Below are positions 1 through 10,485 of a DNA stretch of 64,000 nucleotides, piece by piece (the first letter of the stretch is position 1; each line of letters begins with the position of its first letter). The position numbers and the translations under genes were made by a program. A model generated the notes under the pieces. It was not told the origin of the DNA and did not search any database. It saw only the letters and a list, made by a program, of their open reading frames with translations. Origin of the DNA: Candidatus Multivoradales bacterium (GTDB lineage: Bacteria > Acidobacteriota > Thermoanaerobaculia > Multivoradales > JAHEKO01); assembly GCA_965248055.1 (NCBI GenBank), contig CBDFIJ010000004.1:1216001-1280000 (forward strand). Direction: 5' to 3'.

Positions 1-686
1 TCCAAGCCCACCCACTCTTCGATCAGCATGCCTTCTTCGCCGTCATCGGGATTCGACAGGCGTCCCAGATCAGCGAACAAGCGCTCCACTTCCCTGACTC
101 GCTGTGGCTCGCGCATAGCCAATACGTCCCAGGCGGCCAGATGAACCGCCAAGCGCATGGTCAATGGCGTGTTTGAACTCCAACCAGCTTGGCGCAACAT
201 CACCGCCGTCGCTTCCAACTGAAGAAACAAATCCGACACCGCCAACGCGTCGGCACCTTCCGGCGCACCGACCAAGGGGTATCCAGGAAGCCGTTTCGCC
301 GGTCTACCCAGAAGTCGACGCCAAAAAGAGGCTAACTCGATGTCGCCCTCAGCCGCGATCGCCAACGAGTCACCTGTCACTTGACCAGGCACACCGTAGT
401 AAGGGCCGGCGTTGGCTTCGCCCCAATCGGCCCGGGTCAACACGTAAACCGTCATGCCGTACGGGTGTTTGGTCCACTTGGTCAGGGTAGCGGCCAGAGC
501 CTCCAACCGCTGTTGCACGTGGGCTGCGCGGTCGAGAGTACCTGCCGAATACATCACATGAACCGTATCTCCCGGGAGCCTGAAGAGTCTGACATCGGCA
601 GAGGCCCCTGCCGGTAACAAAGCACGGCTCAAGAGCACAGCCACCAGCAGACCCCATTTTCGGCTAGCCGTTGATCTATCCACCAT
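1..686 (-). CDS. Hypothetical exported protein, partial (runs off window start)
   Basis: Read manually: open frame from ATG 686 (MVDRSTASRKWGLLVAVLLSRALLPAGASA-DVRLF...) to base 1 with no stop; signal-peptide-like N-terminus. Missing from the ORF track because there is no stop in the window. Confidence 0.75.
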   Translation of the reverse strand, partial: MVDRSTASRKWGLLVAVLLSRALLPAGASADVRLFRLPGDTVHVMYSAGTLDRAAHVQQRLEALAATLTKWTKHPYGMTVYVLTRADWGEANAGPYYGVPGQVTGDSLAIAAEGDIELASFWRRLLGRPAKRLPGYPLVGAPEGADALAVSDLFLQLEATAVMLRQAGWSSNTPLTMRLAVHLAAWDVLAMREPQRVREVERLFADLGRLSNPDDGEEGMLIEEWVGL

Positions 687-879
687 GGTCGGATCATACG
701 GCACCACCCTCAGCTATTCTTGTAGCTCTTGCAGGGGAGGGGCTTGTCCCTCTCCCGTGATCCCCCACCTCGGACGCCAACCAGCGTCTCCTCGACTCAC
801 CTGACTGCCGATGCGCCTTGCTTTAGACTGTGGAATACGTGCCCATGCGGGGCCCGGCAACTACGCGGAGAAATCTATC

Positions 880-1752
880 TTGGACATCAACACCATTGCC
901 GTTCTAGGCGCAGGCACCATGGGACGGGGTATTGCCCACGTCGCAGCCCAGGGCGGATACCGAACCTACCTTTTTGACACCCAAGCACTTGCCTTGGAGC
1001 AAGCGACCATTTCGATTCACCGCAACCTGGATAAGGGTGTCTCCTTGGGTAAACTCGAGGAAACGGTCGCCCAAGACGCCAAGCAAAACCTCAATACTTC
1101 CTCCGATCTGGCGATGGCAGTCGGTGACGCCGATTTGGTCATCGAAGCGATCCCCGAGTCGATGGAACTCAAGCTCCAGGTTTTCGCTCAGGTGGTTGAG
1201 GCGGCACCCAAGCACGCACTTCTAGCCTCCAACACCTCTGCCCTTTCAGTCACTGAAATGGCAGCCGGAACCGACCGACCGGAACGCTTTGCCGGCATGC
1301 ATTTTTTCAACCCAGTGCACCTGATGCGCCTGGTCGAGCTGGTCAGCGGGCTGCAGACCTCAAAGGAAACCCTAGACGTCATGGCCAAAGTATCAAGGCG
1401 CATGGGCAAGAAAGTGGTGCGGGTCAACGAGTCCCCCGGCTTCATCACCTCACGCATCAACGTGTTGATCGGCAACGAAGCCTTCCGCATGCTGGAACAG
1501 GGCGTCGCGTCGCCAGAAGACATCGACACCGCCTTGAAACTCGGCCTCAACCACCCGATGGGTCCGTTTGAGATGGTCGACCTCGTCGGCCTCGACGTGC
1601 GCCTGTCGATTTTGAAATTCCTGCACCAGACCCTGGGCGACACCTACCGCCCGACCCCGCTGATGGAGCGTTACGTCAAAGCTGGGAGACTGGGCCGCAA
1701 GACCGGACAGGGCGTCTACACCTACGACGAAGGCGGCAAACGAATTGACTAG
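880..1752 (+). CDS. 3-hydroxyacyl/3-hydroxybutyryl-CoA dehydrogenase (PaaH/Hbd family)
   Basis: GAGTMGRGIA NAD-binding motif, LASNTS, GMHFFNP, GLNHPMGP; likely TTG start at 880 after GGAG. Confidence 0.92.
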   Translation: MDINTIAVLGAGTMGRGIAHVAAQGGYRTYLFDTQALALEQATISIHRNLDKGVSLGKLEETVAQDAKQNLNTSSDLAMAVGDADLVIEAIPESMELKLQVFAQVVEAAPKHALLASNTSALSVTEMAAGTDRPERFAGMHFFNPVHLMRLVELVSGLQTSKETLDVMAKVSRRMGKKVVRVNESPGFITSRINVLIGNEAFRMLEQGVASPEDIDTALKLGLNHPMGPFEMVDLVGLDVRLSILKFLHQTLGDTYRPTPLMERYVKAGRLGRKTGQGVYTYDEGGKRID

Positions 1753-3053
1753 CTTGCTGAACTGAGATCCCGCACCGCTCGCTCCATCGACTCCACAGTG
1801 CGTTCGATGTCATCCTGGTGCATCGAACAGAAGGCGATACGCAAAAAGCGTGGGGCGATCGAGACCACGCCGACCGACTCGACGTCCAATAGGTGAAGGC
1901 GCACTTGCTCGGAGGTGAGCCCGAGCTGTTCAGGAATCTCGACCAGAGCGAAGCAACCGGCGTTGCATGCCAGTGGGCGCAAGACGGCACGATCCAAACC
2001 ATCCAAAACGGGGCGCAGGCGTCGATAGCGCTCCGAGAGGGTGACTCGAATTTTCTCGATGTCGGCGGCGACATCGGCAGACTGAAGAACCTGGAGCAGG
2101 ATCTCTTGCGCGATCGCCACCGGGGAACCCAACAATGCCCGAGACAGACACTTGAGCTTGCTCTCCAAGATCGCCGCGACCTCGCTATCGGGCTCATAGC
2201 CAAAAGTGATGAATCCAACGCGACCGCCGAACAAACCAAATTCTTTGGTGCCGCCGTCGACTTTGATCGGAATCAGGTTGGGATGGTTGGCGGCGACGGC
2301 GTCCCAGAACAACGACTTGGGATCACAGTCGTCTTGATAAACCAGTCCAGCGTAGGCGTCATCAAAAATCGCCACCAAAGGTCGACGATTGGCCGCCTGC
2401 AACAGGCTGTCGAGAAACGCTTGGCGCTCGTCGTGGTTGGGAAAGTAGCCCCCCGGGTTGGAGGGGAAATTGACAATGGTGACCGCCGGTTGGTCGCCCG
2501 GAAGTTGATCCAGCGCGGTCTGCCAGGCGGACGGATCGAAGCCGCCATCAGTGTTGTAGGCCGATCCACCGCTTAGGATCGCCCCTCGTCGCAACCCAAA
2601 CATCTGCCGGTAGTTACCCCAAAACGGCGTCGGCACGACCAGCGGAGTCCCTGCTTCCGAGAAAACGTCGGCCAGCAGACTCAGGCTGTGGCTCAAGCCC
2701 ACCGTGACCATCGGCAGGGTTGATGGCAGGTCTTCAGCGACGAATCGACGTTGCCAGGCGCGCCAAGAGTCGCGTAGCTCAGCGTTGCCTTGAATCGGTG
2801 AGTAGAGGAGCGCCCGATCTTTCTTTTCTACGCCTTTGAGCGCTGCCTCAACCGCGGGCAAGGCCAGCGCGTGACCCCGTCCGTCGGTGATTTGGCCAAT
2901 GGTGGCGTTGATGTCTTTGCCGCGCGCTTGGGCCGCTTGTTCGGGAATATCAGGAGGAAAGGTGGCAGCTAGTCCGAGGCTAGACATCGAACGGGCCAGC
3001 GCCGGGTGATTGTTAAGGAAAAACTCAGCTTGACCGGTGGCGTCGCTAATCAC
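1749..3053 (-). CDS. PLP-dependent aminotransferase class I/II
   Basis: NFPSNPGG, FDDAYAG, DGGTKE (PLP lysine), GGRVGF motifs. Confidence 0.88.
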   Translation of the reverse strand: MISDATGQAEFFLNNHPALARSMSSLGLAATFPPDIPEQAAQARGKDINATIGQITDGRGHALALPAVEAALKGVEKKDRALLYSPIQGNAELRDSWRAWQRRFVAEDLPSTLPMVTVGLSHSLSLLADVFSEAGTPLVVPTPFWGNYRQMFGLRRGAILSGGSAYNTDGGFDPSAWQTALDQLPGDQPAVTIVNFPSNPGGYFPNHDERQAFLDSLLQAANRRPLVAIFDDAYAGLVYQDDCDPKSLFWDAVAANHPNLIPIKVDGGTKEFGLFGGRVGFITFGYEPDSEVAAILESKLKCLSRALLGSPVAIAQEILLQVLQSADVAADIEKIRVTLSERYRRLRPVLDGLDRAVLRPLACNAGCFALVEIPEQLGLTSEQVRLHLLDVESVGVVSIAPRFLRIAFCSMHQDDIERTVESMERAVRDLSSAS

Positions 3054-3101
3054 CTTGGAAGACTCCTGATGAAATGGATTTCTGTGTGGCGGTGGCGGTG
3101 G

Positions 3102-3470
3102 TTACCAAACTTGCCAGTCGACCGAGGTTGCAACAGTTGATCGCTGAGCCGGATGCTGAGTTGAGGTGGCAACAGCCTCTCCTTTAGCTGCCTGCAACCC
3201 ACCAATCGCCGACGTCAGTGCGCTCAGGGCATTGGCTCGCAACGAATAGACCCGTTGCCGGCCCTGGGTGGCAACTTCCACCACGCCGCCGCTGAGCAAT
3301 ACCTTGAGATGCCGGGAAATCGCCGGAGCACTGATCTTGAATCCGTCACCGAGCTCGGTCGCCGACAGGGGCCCACTCGCCAGCCGCTCAACGATCTGCC
3401 AACGAACCGTGTCCGCCAGCGCTTTGACTATCGAGACAACGTCGGTGGATTTTGCGCTGGGCTTGCTCAT
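3102..3470 (-). CDS. ArsR/SmtB family transcriptional regulator
   Basis: KALADTVRWQIV...SAPAISRHLKVL...GRQRVYSL winged helix-turn-helix. Confidence 0.88.
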   Translation of the reverse strand: MSKPSAKSTDVVSIVKALADTVRWQIVERLASGPLSATELGDGFKISAPAISRHLKVLLSGGVVEVATQGRQRVYSLRANALSALTSAIGGLQAAKGEAVATSTQHPAQRSTVATSVDWQVW

Positions 3471-3505
3471 ATGAGGTGAGTCTATTGCAGGTCCGATTTC
3501 TGTGC

Positions 3506-3585
3506 TTCTGAAACTGGATTCCTGAACTGGGCTCCTGAAATCGGGCTCACGAAATCGGGCTCACGAAAACTGGCCCAAGAAACTG
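3506..3585. repeat. Degenerate short tandem repeat (GAAATCGGGCTCAC-like units)
   Basis: ctgaaactggattcctgaactgggctcctgaaatcgggctcacgaaatcgggctcacgaaaactggccc in the divergent intergenic region. Confidence 0.6.
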
Positions 3586-3644
3586 AATCGCCCCGTCGAT
3601 ACTGCCGGCGGCGGGAAGCGGACCAATTTGAAACCTTGGAATTC

Positions 3645-3664
3645 ATTCAAACGTATGTTTAAAT
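3645..3664. promoter_or_regulatory. Palindromic operator, PsrA-like (CAAAC-N4-GTTT)
   Basis: ATTCAAAC-GTAT-GTTTAAAT ending 24 bp before the TetR start codon. Confidence 0.65.
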
Positions 3665-3688
3665 CCGCGCCTCGCTCTAGCCATCGAG

Positions 3689-4315
3689 ATGACCAAGACA
3701 ACACTCAGCACCCGCGACCGCATTTTGGACACCGCCGAACAACTGTTCAGCGAACACGGCATCTCTGGGACTTCGCTGAGATCGGTCACCAGCGCTTCCG
3801 AGGTCAACCTCGCGGCGGTCCACTACCACTTTGGCTCCAAAGCGGAACTGGCGCGAGCGGTGGTCGCCCGGCGCATCGAGCCTTTGAATCAAGAGCGCCT
3901 ACAACGCCTGCGGCGGGCACAGGAATCTGGGGTAGCGCAGGTGCGTGAAATCGCCGAGGCCTTTGTACGCCCAGCGATTCACATGGCAATCGATCATCCC
4001 GAGGGGCCGCGATTTGCCCGCATGGTAGCTCGGGCATTGGTTGATCCGCATCCTGATATCCGTGCCGTGCTTTTCGAACAATTCAAGGAAACAGGCCCAG
4101 CGTTTCGTACCGCTCTGGGGCAAGCACTCCCGGCATTGAGTGACGAGGAGCTGAGCTGGCGAATGCAGTTCATGGTTGGTGCTATGGCTCACACCGTCAC
4201 CCGTTGTGCCTCCAACGAACAGCTCCCGATTCAGGTACCGGTGGAAAGTTCCGACGTCGTGGCGGATCGTTTGGTCGGTTTCTTGGTCGCGGGACTCTCC
4301 CAAGAGGAAGCATGA
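3689..4315 (+). CDS. TetR family regulator (PsrA-like)
   Basis: RILDTAEQLFSEHG...VNLAAVHYHFGSK N-terminal HTH. Confidence 0.92.
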   Translation: MTKTTLSTRDRILDTAEQLFSEHGISGTSLRSVTSASEVNLAAVHYHFGSKAELARAVVARRIEPLNQERLQRLRRAQESGVAQVREIAEAFVRPAIHMAIDHPEGPRFARMVARALVDPHPDIRAVLFEQFKETGPAFRTALGQALPALSDEELSWRMQFMVGAMAHTVTRCASNEQLPIQVPVESSDVVADRLVGFLVAGLSQEEA

Positions 4316-5793
4316 GATACGGCGTCCAGTTAACCGTTACGGTCTTTACGATGGCGCTCGCGGGTTGTTCATCAGTGGCCGTTGTACCCGAGATCGAGCT
4401 GCCCCAGATTCCGCACCAGTGGACCTCTTCGCTGGCGCCGGCGACCGATCAGAACGAGCCGTGGTGGTCGACGCTGTCTGCTCCTGGTCTTGCTGAGGCG
4501 GTCGAAATCGCCCTGGTCAAGAACCCCACTCTGGGGCAACGGCGGGCGCGGTTGGACGCGGCCTTGGCGCAAGCTCGGATCGCTGGCGCCAGCCTGAAGC
4601 CTCAGGTGGGCCTCGGCGTCAATGGTTCTCGCAGACAACAGAACTTTATTGGCCTGCCGATCCCTGGAGCCGATGGCGGTGTTTTGACCTCAACCAGCAC
4701 CACAGTTGGTGTGTCTTTGGATACCGCCTGGGAGATCGACCTTTGGGGCCGCGGTCGAGCCAATCGTGCAGCGGCACGCTCGATGGTCGCGGCGAGCGAA
4801 CTGGAGCTGACCGCAACAGGTCTATCGATCGCCGCCCAGACCGCCAAAGCCTGGACTGCTGTGGCCGAATCCGCAGCGCAATTGGAGCTCTCGCAACAGA
4901 CTGTCAGCAACCGAGTGCGGGCTCGCGAACGGATTGAACGACGATTCGAATTGGGCATCGCCACCGCCTTGCAAGTCCGTTTGGCCCGCAGCGAGGAGCA
5001 GATTGCCAACGCCGATCTGCAGCAAAGCGATCTCAGCCACGACGCGATTCAGCGGCAATTCGAAGTACTGCTACGGCAGTACCCTACCGGGCAAGTCGCC
5101 GCGGGCTCGCTGCCCGATCTGCCAGCTATCTCCAGTGACTCATTGCCCACTGACCTGATCGCCCGACGTCCTGACCTGTTGGCTCTGGAAGCCAGGCTGG
5201 ACGCCGCTGGCTACTCACTGTTGGAGGCCAAGCGTTCCCTCTACCCCCGGCTGTCGCTCAATGGTTCGGTGGGCCGCACCGGCCAAGAAATGGCCGATCT
5301 TTTAGAGAGTGATTTCGATGTTTGGAGTCTGGCGGGAGGGTTGCTGCAACCGTTGTTTCAAGGTGGACGATTGCGCGCTGCGGTAGACCTGTCGCGGGCC
5401 CAACGCGATGAACTAGTAGCGCTCTATGTCCAGACCCTGCTCGATGCCTACCGCGAGGTCGAAACCCGCTTGGCCGCGGAGGACCGCTTAGCTGCGCTAG
5501 AAGATGCGCTCGCTGCCGCCGAGCAAGAAAGCCGTTCTGCGGTTGACTTGGCGGAGCGTGAATACTCCCGCGGAATCAATGACTACCTGGTAGTGCTGCG
5601 AACGCAAACCGATCACCTCAACGCCGCACGACGACGCTTAAGTGTGCGGGCGCAGAGATTGAGCAATCGAATCGACTTGCATCTGGCGCTGGGCGATGGG
5701 CTGGACACCATCCGTGATCGACAACGCTCTCAGATGCCGAGTTCAAGTTCGCAGGGACATTCGCCGAGGGTCTCGAAACAAGAACCCCAATAG
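4312..5793 (+). CDS. Outer-membrane efflux lipoprotein (TolC/NodT family)
   Basis: Lipobox LAGC, WEIDLWGR, RRPDL, PLFQGGRL motifs; ATGA overlap with the TetR stop. Confidence 0.92.
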   Translation: MRYGVQLTVTVFTMALAGCSSVAVVPEIELPQIPHQWTSSLAPATDQNEPWWSTLSAPGLAEAVEIALVKNPTLGQRRARLDAALAQARIAGASLKPQVGLGVNGSRRQQNFIGLPIPGADGGVLTSTSTTVGVSLDTAWEIDLWGRGRANRAAARSMVAASELELTATGLSIAAQTAKAWTAVAESAAQLELSQQTVSNRVRARERIERRFELGIATALQVRLARSEEQIANADLQQSDLSHDAIQRQFEVLLRQYPTGQVAAGSLPDLPAISSDSLPTDLIARRPDLLALEARLDAAGYSLLEAKRSLYPRLSLNGSVGRTGQEMADLLESDFDVWSLAGGLLQPLFQGGRLRAAVDLSRAQRDELVALYVQTLLDAYREVETRLAAEDRLAALEDALAAAEQESRSAVDLAEREYSRGINDYLVVLRTQTDHLNAARRRLSVRAQRLSNRIDLHLALGDGLDTIRDRQRSQMPSSSSQGHSPRVSKQEPQ

Positions 5794-5815
5794 GAACCCC
5801 AGAAGGACTCGAACG

Positions 5816-6997
5816 ATGCCTGAATCAAAGAAAAAGTGGTTGCTTCCCTTGGTGATCTTGGGCGGCGCGGTTCTCGCCGCCATGGCGATCGTCGCCCTGC
5901 GCCCTGAGCCCGCCACTGCCCAGCGTCCAGAGGTACTACCCATCGTCGAAGTGCTGACGGTGCAACCCACCGATGTGGTATTCGAAGTGTCGGCGCAGGG
6001 GACGGTACAAGCAAGTACCGAAACTACTTTGGTGGCCCAGGTAGCCGGTGAGATTCGCCAGGTCGGCCGGGGACTGGCAGACGGCGCCTTGGTGCGATCG
6101 GGCGACCTGCTGGCGGTGATCGACCCGCGTGACTACCAACTCGCGGTGACCCGATCCGAAGCCCAGTTGGCGCAAGCGCAGCTCGGACTCAACCTAGAGC
6201 AAGCTCGCTCTGAAATCGCGCGCGAGGAGTGGTCGGAACTGGGCAAAGGAGAGGCTTCGCCCTTGGCAGCCCGGGAACCGCAAATCGCCGAAGCCCAAGC
6301 GGCGGTAGCGGCCGCCCAAGCCAACCTACAACAGGCACAGCTCGCACTTTCGCGGACTACGATTCGCGCTCCTTATAACAGTCGAGTGCGCACCAAGCTC
6401 GCCGATCGCGGTCAGTACGTCGGCCCAGGAACGCCGGTGGCGCAACTGGTCAGTACCGATCGTGCCGAGATTCCCTTGGCGGTTGCCCAAGAAGAATTGC
6501 AATTTCTGAACGCGGATTTTGGCACTACCAAAGATCTAAACATCCCGGTTGATCTTACGCTGGACGGTAGCAACCACTGGCAAGCACAAGTGATCCGGGC
6601 GGCGGGAGAAATTGATCCTCGCTCGCGAATGATGACCCTAACCGCACGCATCGAAGATCCTTTGGCGCTGCAGCGTGAAGGAAAAGCTCTGCCCTTGGGA
6701 TCGTTCGTGACCGCGTCGATTCGTGGTCTCCAGATGGAGGGTCTCTTTGTCTTACCCCGCTCCGCGCTACGCGGTCAGAATCGGGTGTTGATTCTGGAGG
6801 ACGGCAGGTTGAATTTTCGCCCGGTTACCATCCTGCGCATTCAACCCGATCAAGTGTTGGTGCGCTCTGGTCTGCAGGCGGGTGATCAAGTTTGTACCTC
6901 GGCAATCGAAGCCCCGGTGGACGGAATGCGAGTGGTGTTGCAAGCGGTCGATAGCGAGAGCCAAGACGTAGAAGCCGAATCAGAGGTCCGGCCGTGA
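5816..6997 (+). CDS. RND efflux periplasmic adaptor (MFP)
   Basis: N-terminal TM, lipoyl half-motifs, helical hairpin, TIRAPY...GQYV; sits between TolC and the RND pump. Confidence 0.92.
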   Translation: MPESKKKWLLPLVILGGAVLAAMAIVALRPEPATAQRPEVLPIVEVLTVQPTDVVFEVSAQGTVQASTETTLVAQVAGEIRQVGRGLADGALVRSGDLLAVIDPRDYQLAVTRSEAQLAQAQLGLNLEQARSEIAREEWSELGKGEASPLAAREPQIAEAQAAVAAAQANLQQAQLALSRTTIRAPYNSRVRTKLADRGQYVGPGTPVAQLVSTDRAEIPLAVAQEELQFLNADFGTTKDLNIPVDLTLDGSNHWQAQVIRAAGEIDPRSRMMTLTARIEDPLALQREGKALPLGSFVTASIRGLQMEGLFVLPRSALRGQNRVLILEDGRLNFRPVTILRIQPDQVLVRSGLQAGDQVCTSAIEAPVDGMRVVLQAVDSESQDVEAESEVRP

Positions 6998-9900
6998 ACA
7001 AGATCATCGCCTGGTTTGCCACCAATGGCGTTGCCGCCAATTTGGTGATGGTCTTCATTCTGGTGATCGGATTTCTTTCGCTGACCAACCTTACCAACGA
7101 GGTATTCCCCGAGTTTTCAGCCGACCAGGTGGCAATCCGGGTGGTCTACCCGGGCGCAGCCCCGGAAGAAGTCGAAGAAGCGATTGTCCAGCGCATCGAG
7201 GAGCGCATTCAGGACCTGGAGGGGATTGAAGAGATCAATTCCACCGCCTCAGAGAACGTCGGCAACGTGATGGTCAAGATCAAGAGCGGCACTTCGGTGC
7301 AGGAATTGGTCAACGACATCAAATCACGGATCGATGCCATAGATACTTTCCCCGAAGAAGCCGAAGAGCCGGTGATCGAAGAACTGGTGATTCGACGGCA
7401 AGTGATCGACGTCGCAGTCGCTGGCGAGGCAGAAGAAAGCACTCTGCGCAGTATCGCCGAACGGATTCGAGAGGATCTCTTGGCGCTGCCGCAGATTTCT
7501 CAGGTTGACACTGCTGCAGTACGCCCGTTCGAGATCTCGATTGAGATCTCCGAGAAAGCCCTGCGCCGCTATCAACTGAGTTTTGACCAAGTTGCAGCCG
7601 CGGTGCGGCGGGCCTCGTTGGACTTACCCGGAGGCTCAGTTGACACTTCAGGGGGTCAGGTCCTGCTGCGTACCGAGGGCCAAGCCTTGCGCGGCGCGGA
7701 GTTCGAGAGCCTGCCCTTGCTCACCCTGCCCGACGGCACCCGAATTCAATTACAGGACGTGGCGCAGGTGGTCGACGGGTTCGCCGAGACCGACCAATCA
7801 GCACGTTTTGATGGCAAACCCGCGGCTTTGGTGCAGGTCTATCGGGTCGGTGATCAAGATGCGATCGCCATCGCCAATGCGGTCAAGGACTACGTTCCCA
7901 ATGCCAAACGTTGGGTGCCAGACGGAATCGAAATCACCACCTGGCAAGACGACACCAAGATTCTGCGCAGTCGACTGGACGTCTTGTTGCGCAACGGTCG
8001 CACCGGCTTGATCCTGGTGTTTTTGGTTCTGGCGCTGTTTCTCAGGCTACAGCTCGCAGGCTGGGTCGCACTTGGGATTCCGATCTCGTTTATGGGTGCG
8101 ATCGCCATGATGCCGACCCTGGACGTCACCATTAATTTGATCTCGCTGTTCGCCTTCATTGTGGTGTTGGGAATCGTGGTGGACGACGCGATCATCGTCG
8201 GCGAGAATATCTACACCAAACTGCAATCCGGAGATCGCGGACTTCCAGCGGTGATTGCCGGAGCCCAAGAAGTGGCAACCCCAGTGATCTTTGCCGTCCT
8301 CACCACCGTCGCGGCATTCGCTCCGCTTCTCAATATCCCGGGCGCTACCGGAAAAATCATGCGGGTGATTCCGCTAATCGTGATTCCAACCCTGGTGTTC
8401 TCGCTGGTTGAATCGTTGTTGATCCTGCCCAACCATCTGCTCCACGTTTCCTTCGAAGAACCCAAGTCCTGGTTGATCGGTGGTTGGCGCAAAGTTCAGG
8501 TGAAAGTCAGCGCCGCTCTAACCAAGAATATCCAGAACGTTTACAAACCTACCTTGGAGCGAGCGATTCGTTGGCGTTACGTCACCGCAGCGTCGGCGGT
8601 AGCCGGGCTGATCATCACTGGCTCGCTGATCTCGGCTGGGCTGATCCGCTTCACCTTCTTTCCTCCGGTGGAAGCGGACAATGTGGTCTCGCTATTGACC
8701 ATGCCCTTGGGAACGTCACCCAGCACCACCAGTGAAGCGATGCGCGGCATCGAACAGGCGGCGTTGGAACTGGAACGCGAACTGGAGGAACAGTACGACG
8801 AAGAGATCGTCACCCACGTCCTGACCTCGATCGGTGAACAGCCATTCCGGGCAGCGCAGAATCGTGGCACTGGCGACTCGATCACCGTCGACGCGCCGCA
8901 TTTGGCCGAGGTCAATATCGAGTTGACACCCGCCGAGCAGCGGTCGATCACCAGCGGCGAGATCGCCGCCCTATGGCGAGAAAGGTCGGGGCAAATCGCC
9001 GGAGCGGTGGAGTTGTCGTTTGCTTCCTCGCTGTTTAGTACCGGCGACCCGATCGATGTGCGCCTCTCAGGGCCGGAGGTGGAGGGATTGGCGCGGGCCG
9101 CCACCGAACTCAAAGAACACCTAGCCAGCTACGCTGGGGTCCGCGACATCACTGATTCCTTCCGTGCCGGTAAACAAGAACTCCATCTCGACATCACTCC
9201 CGAAGCCGAAGCCGCCGGGCTGACTTTGGCGGACATCGCTCGCCAAACCCGACAAGCGTTCTATGGCGAAGAAGTACAGCGCATTCAGCGAGGGCGAGAC
9301 GAGGTCAAGGTGATGGTGCGACTGCCGGAGGCAGATCGCCAGTCCCTGGGCAACCTGGAAAACCTGCGCTTTCGCAGCCCGAACGGAGTCGAGATCCCCT
9401 TCTCCACCGCGGTCAACGCGGATCTCACCCGAGGTCCGGCGACCATTCAACGTACCGATCGTCAACGGGTAATCCGGGTGTCCTCGGATCTAGATGTGGA
9501 GGTTGGCAACGCCAACCAGATCATCGGCGATCTATCCACCAACTACCTGCCCGGTCTGGCAGACCGCTATCCAGGTCTGCGCTATGCCTACGTCGGGCAA
9601 CAGCAAGAACAGCGCGACACCATCGGCGGCTTGATCCGTGGCTTCAGTCTAGCGTTGATCATCATCTACTCTTTGCTGGCGATTCCCTTCAAGTCCTACA
9701 TCCAGCCGGTGATCGTCATGTGCGCGATCCCCTTCGGCCTGATGGGGGCGGTCTGGGGCCATTTGGTGATGGGTTACGACCTGACCATTCTTTCTGGGTT
9801 TGGAGCCGTGGCTCTCACCGGGGTGGTGGTCAACGACAGCCTGGTGATGGTCGATTTCATCAACCGGGCTCGAAACGCCGGAGCCAGCATCTTCGACGCC

Positions 9901-10215
9901 ATCCGCCAAGCGGGTGTCAAACGCTTCCGACCCATCTTACTGACCTCACTGACCACCTTCGCCGGCCTGACTCCGTTGCTACTCGAGCGCAGCATGCAGG
10001 CGCAATTCTTGATCCCGATGGCCCTGTCCTTGGCGTTCGGCATTCTGTTCGCCACCGCCATTGTGTTGATTCTGGTGCCGACGCTCTACGCGATCTTGGA
10101 GGACCTGCGGGGACGAGAGTTGGGGGTGATCGGTGGCGACCCGGAACCAACCGAAGACGATGACCTAGTTGTCGATCCCGATTGGGACGATTTGGATCCT
10201 GAGCCTGCAACCTAG
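6994..10215 (+). CDS. RND efflux permease (AcrB/HAE family)
   Basis: 1073 aa; GIVVDDAIIVGEN, GVVVNDSLV, RFRPILLTSLTT motifs. Confidence 0.95.
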   Translation: MNKIIAWFATNGVAANLVMVFILVIGFLSLTNLTNEVFPEFSADQVAIRVVYPGAAPEEVEEAIVQRIEERIQDLEGIEEINSTASENVGNVMVKIKSGTSVQELVNDIKSRIDAIDTFPEEAEEPVIEELVIRRQVIDVAVAGEAEESTLRSIAERIREDLLALPQISQVDTAAVRPFEISIEISEKALRRYQLSFDQVAAAVRRASLDLPGGSVDTSGGQVLLRTEGQALRGAEFESLPLLTLPDGTRIQLQDVAQVVDGFAETDQSARFDGKPAALVQVYRVGDQDAIAIANAVKDYVPNAKRWVPDGIEITTWQDDTKILRSRLDVLLRNGRTGLILVFLVLALFLRLQLAGWVALGIPISFMGAIAMMPTLDVTINLISLFAFIVVLGIVVDDAIIVGENIYTKLQSGDRGLPAVIAGAQEVATPVIFAVLTTVAAFAPLLNIPGATGKIMRVIPLIVIPTLVFSLVESLLILPNHLLHVSFEEPKSWLIGGWRKVQVKVSAALTKNIQNVYKPTLERAIRWRYVTAASAVAGLIITGSLISAGLIRFTFFPPVEADNVVSLLTMPLGTSPSTTSEAMRGIEQAALELERELEEQYDEEIVTHVLTSIGEQPFRAAQNRGTGDSITVDAPHLAEVNIELTPAEQRSITSGEIAALWRERSGQIAGAVELSFASSLFSTGDPIDVRLSGPEVEGLARAATELKEHLASYAGVRDITDSFRAGKQELHLDITPEAEAAGLTLADIARQTRQAFYGEEVQRIQRGRDEVKVMVRLPEADRQSLGNLENLRFRSPNGVEIPFSTAVNADLTRGPATIQRTDRQRVIRVSSDLDVEVGNANQIIGDLSTNYLPGLADRYPGLRYAYVGQQQEQRDTIGGLIRGFSLALIIIYSLLAIPFKSYIQPVIVMCAIPFGLMGAVWGHLVMGYDLTILSGFGAVALTGVVVNDSLVMVDFINRARNAGASIFDAIRQAGVKRFRPILLTSLTTFAGLTPLLLERSMQAQFLIPMALSLAFGILFATAIVLILVPTLYAILEDLRGRELGVIGGDPEPTEDDDLVVDPDWDDLDPEPAT

Positions 10216-10322
10216 CTCGGGAGTTGTTTTGTTTTCGGTGCCTCCTCGACACCTGCCTCCGTCGGTAGGGATTGGCAGATTGTTACTCGGTCCTATCAGC
10301 ACAATCTACCCAGCGATCGGAT

Positions 10323-10485
10323 AGACCCCGGCTCCCCTCCCCGACACCTGTCGGAATGACGAGGGCGACGAAGCCACGCGGAGGCTCCTAGCCGGGATCG
10401 TCAACCCCTGACGCGTGCGTTCTCAACGCTCGAGCAAACAGGTGCCTCTCAGTCATTCCCGCAAAGGTGAGCGGGGCGGGGATCT
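10323..10485. repeat. Inverted pair of REP-like elements (AGA(T/C)CCC...GGAATGAC / GTCATTCC...GGGATCT)
   Basis: 10323-10360 and 10452-10485 are approximate reverse complements; the same family occurs at 20476-20568. Confidence 0.6.

Noticed and set aside
164-657. Short track ORFs at the window start
   Set aside because: Shadows of the uninterrupted minus-strand frame from 686 to 1.
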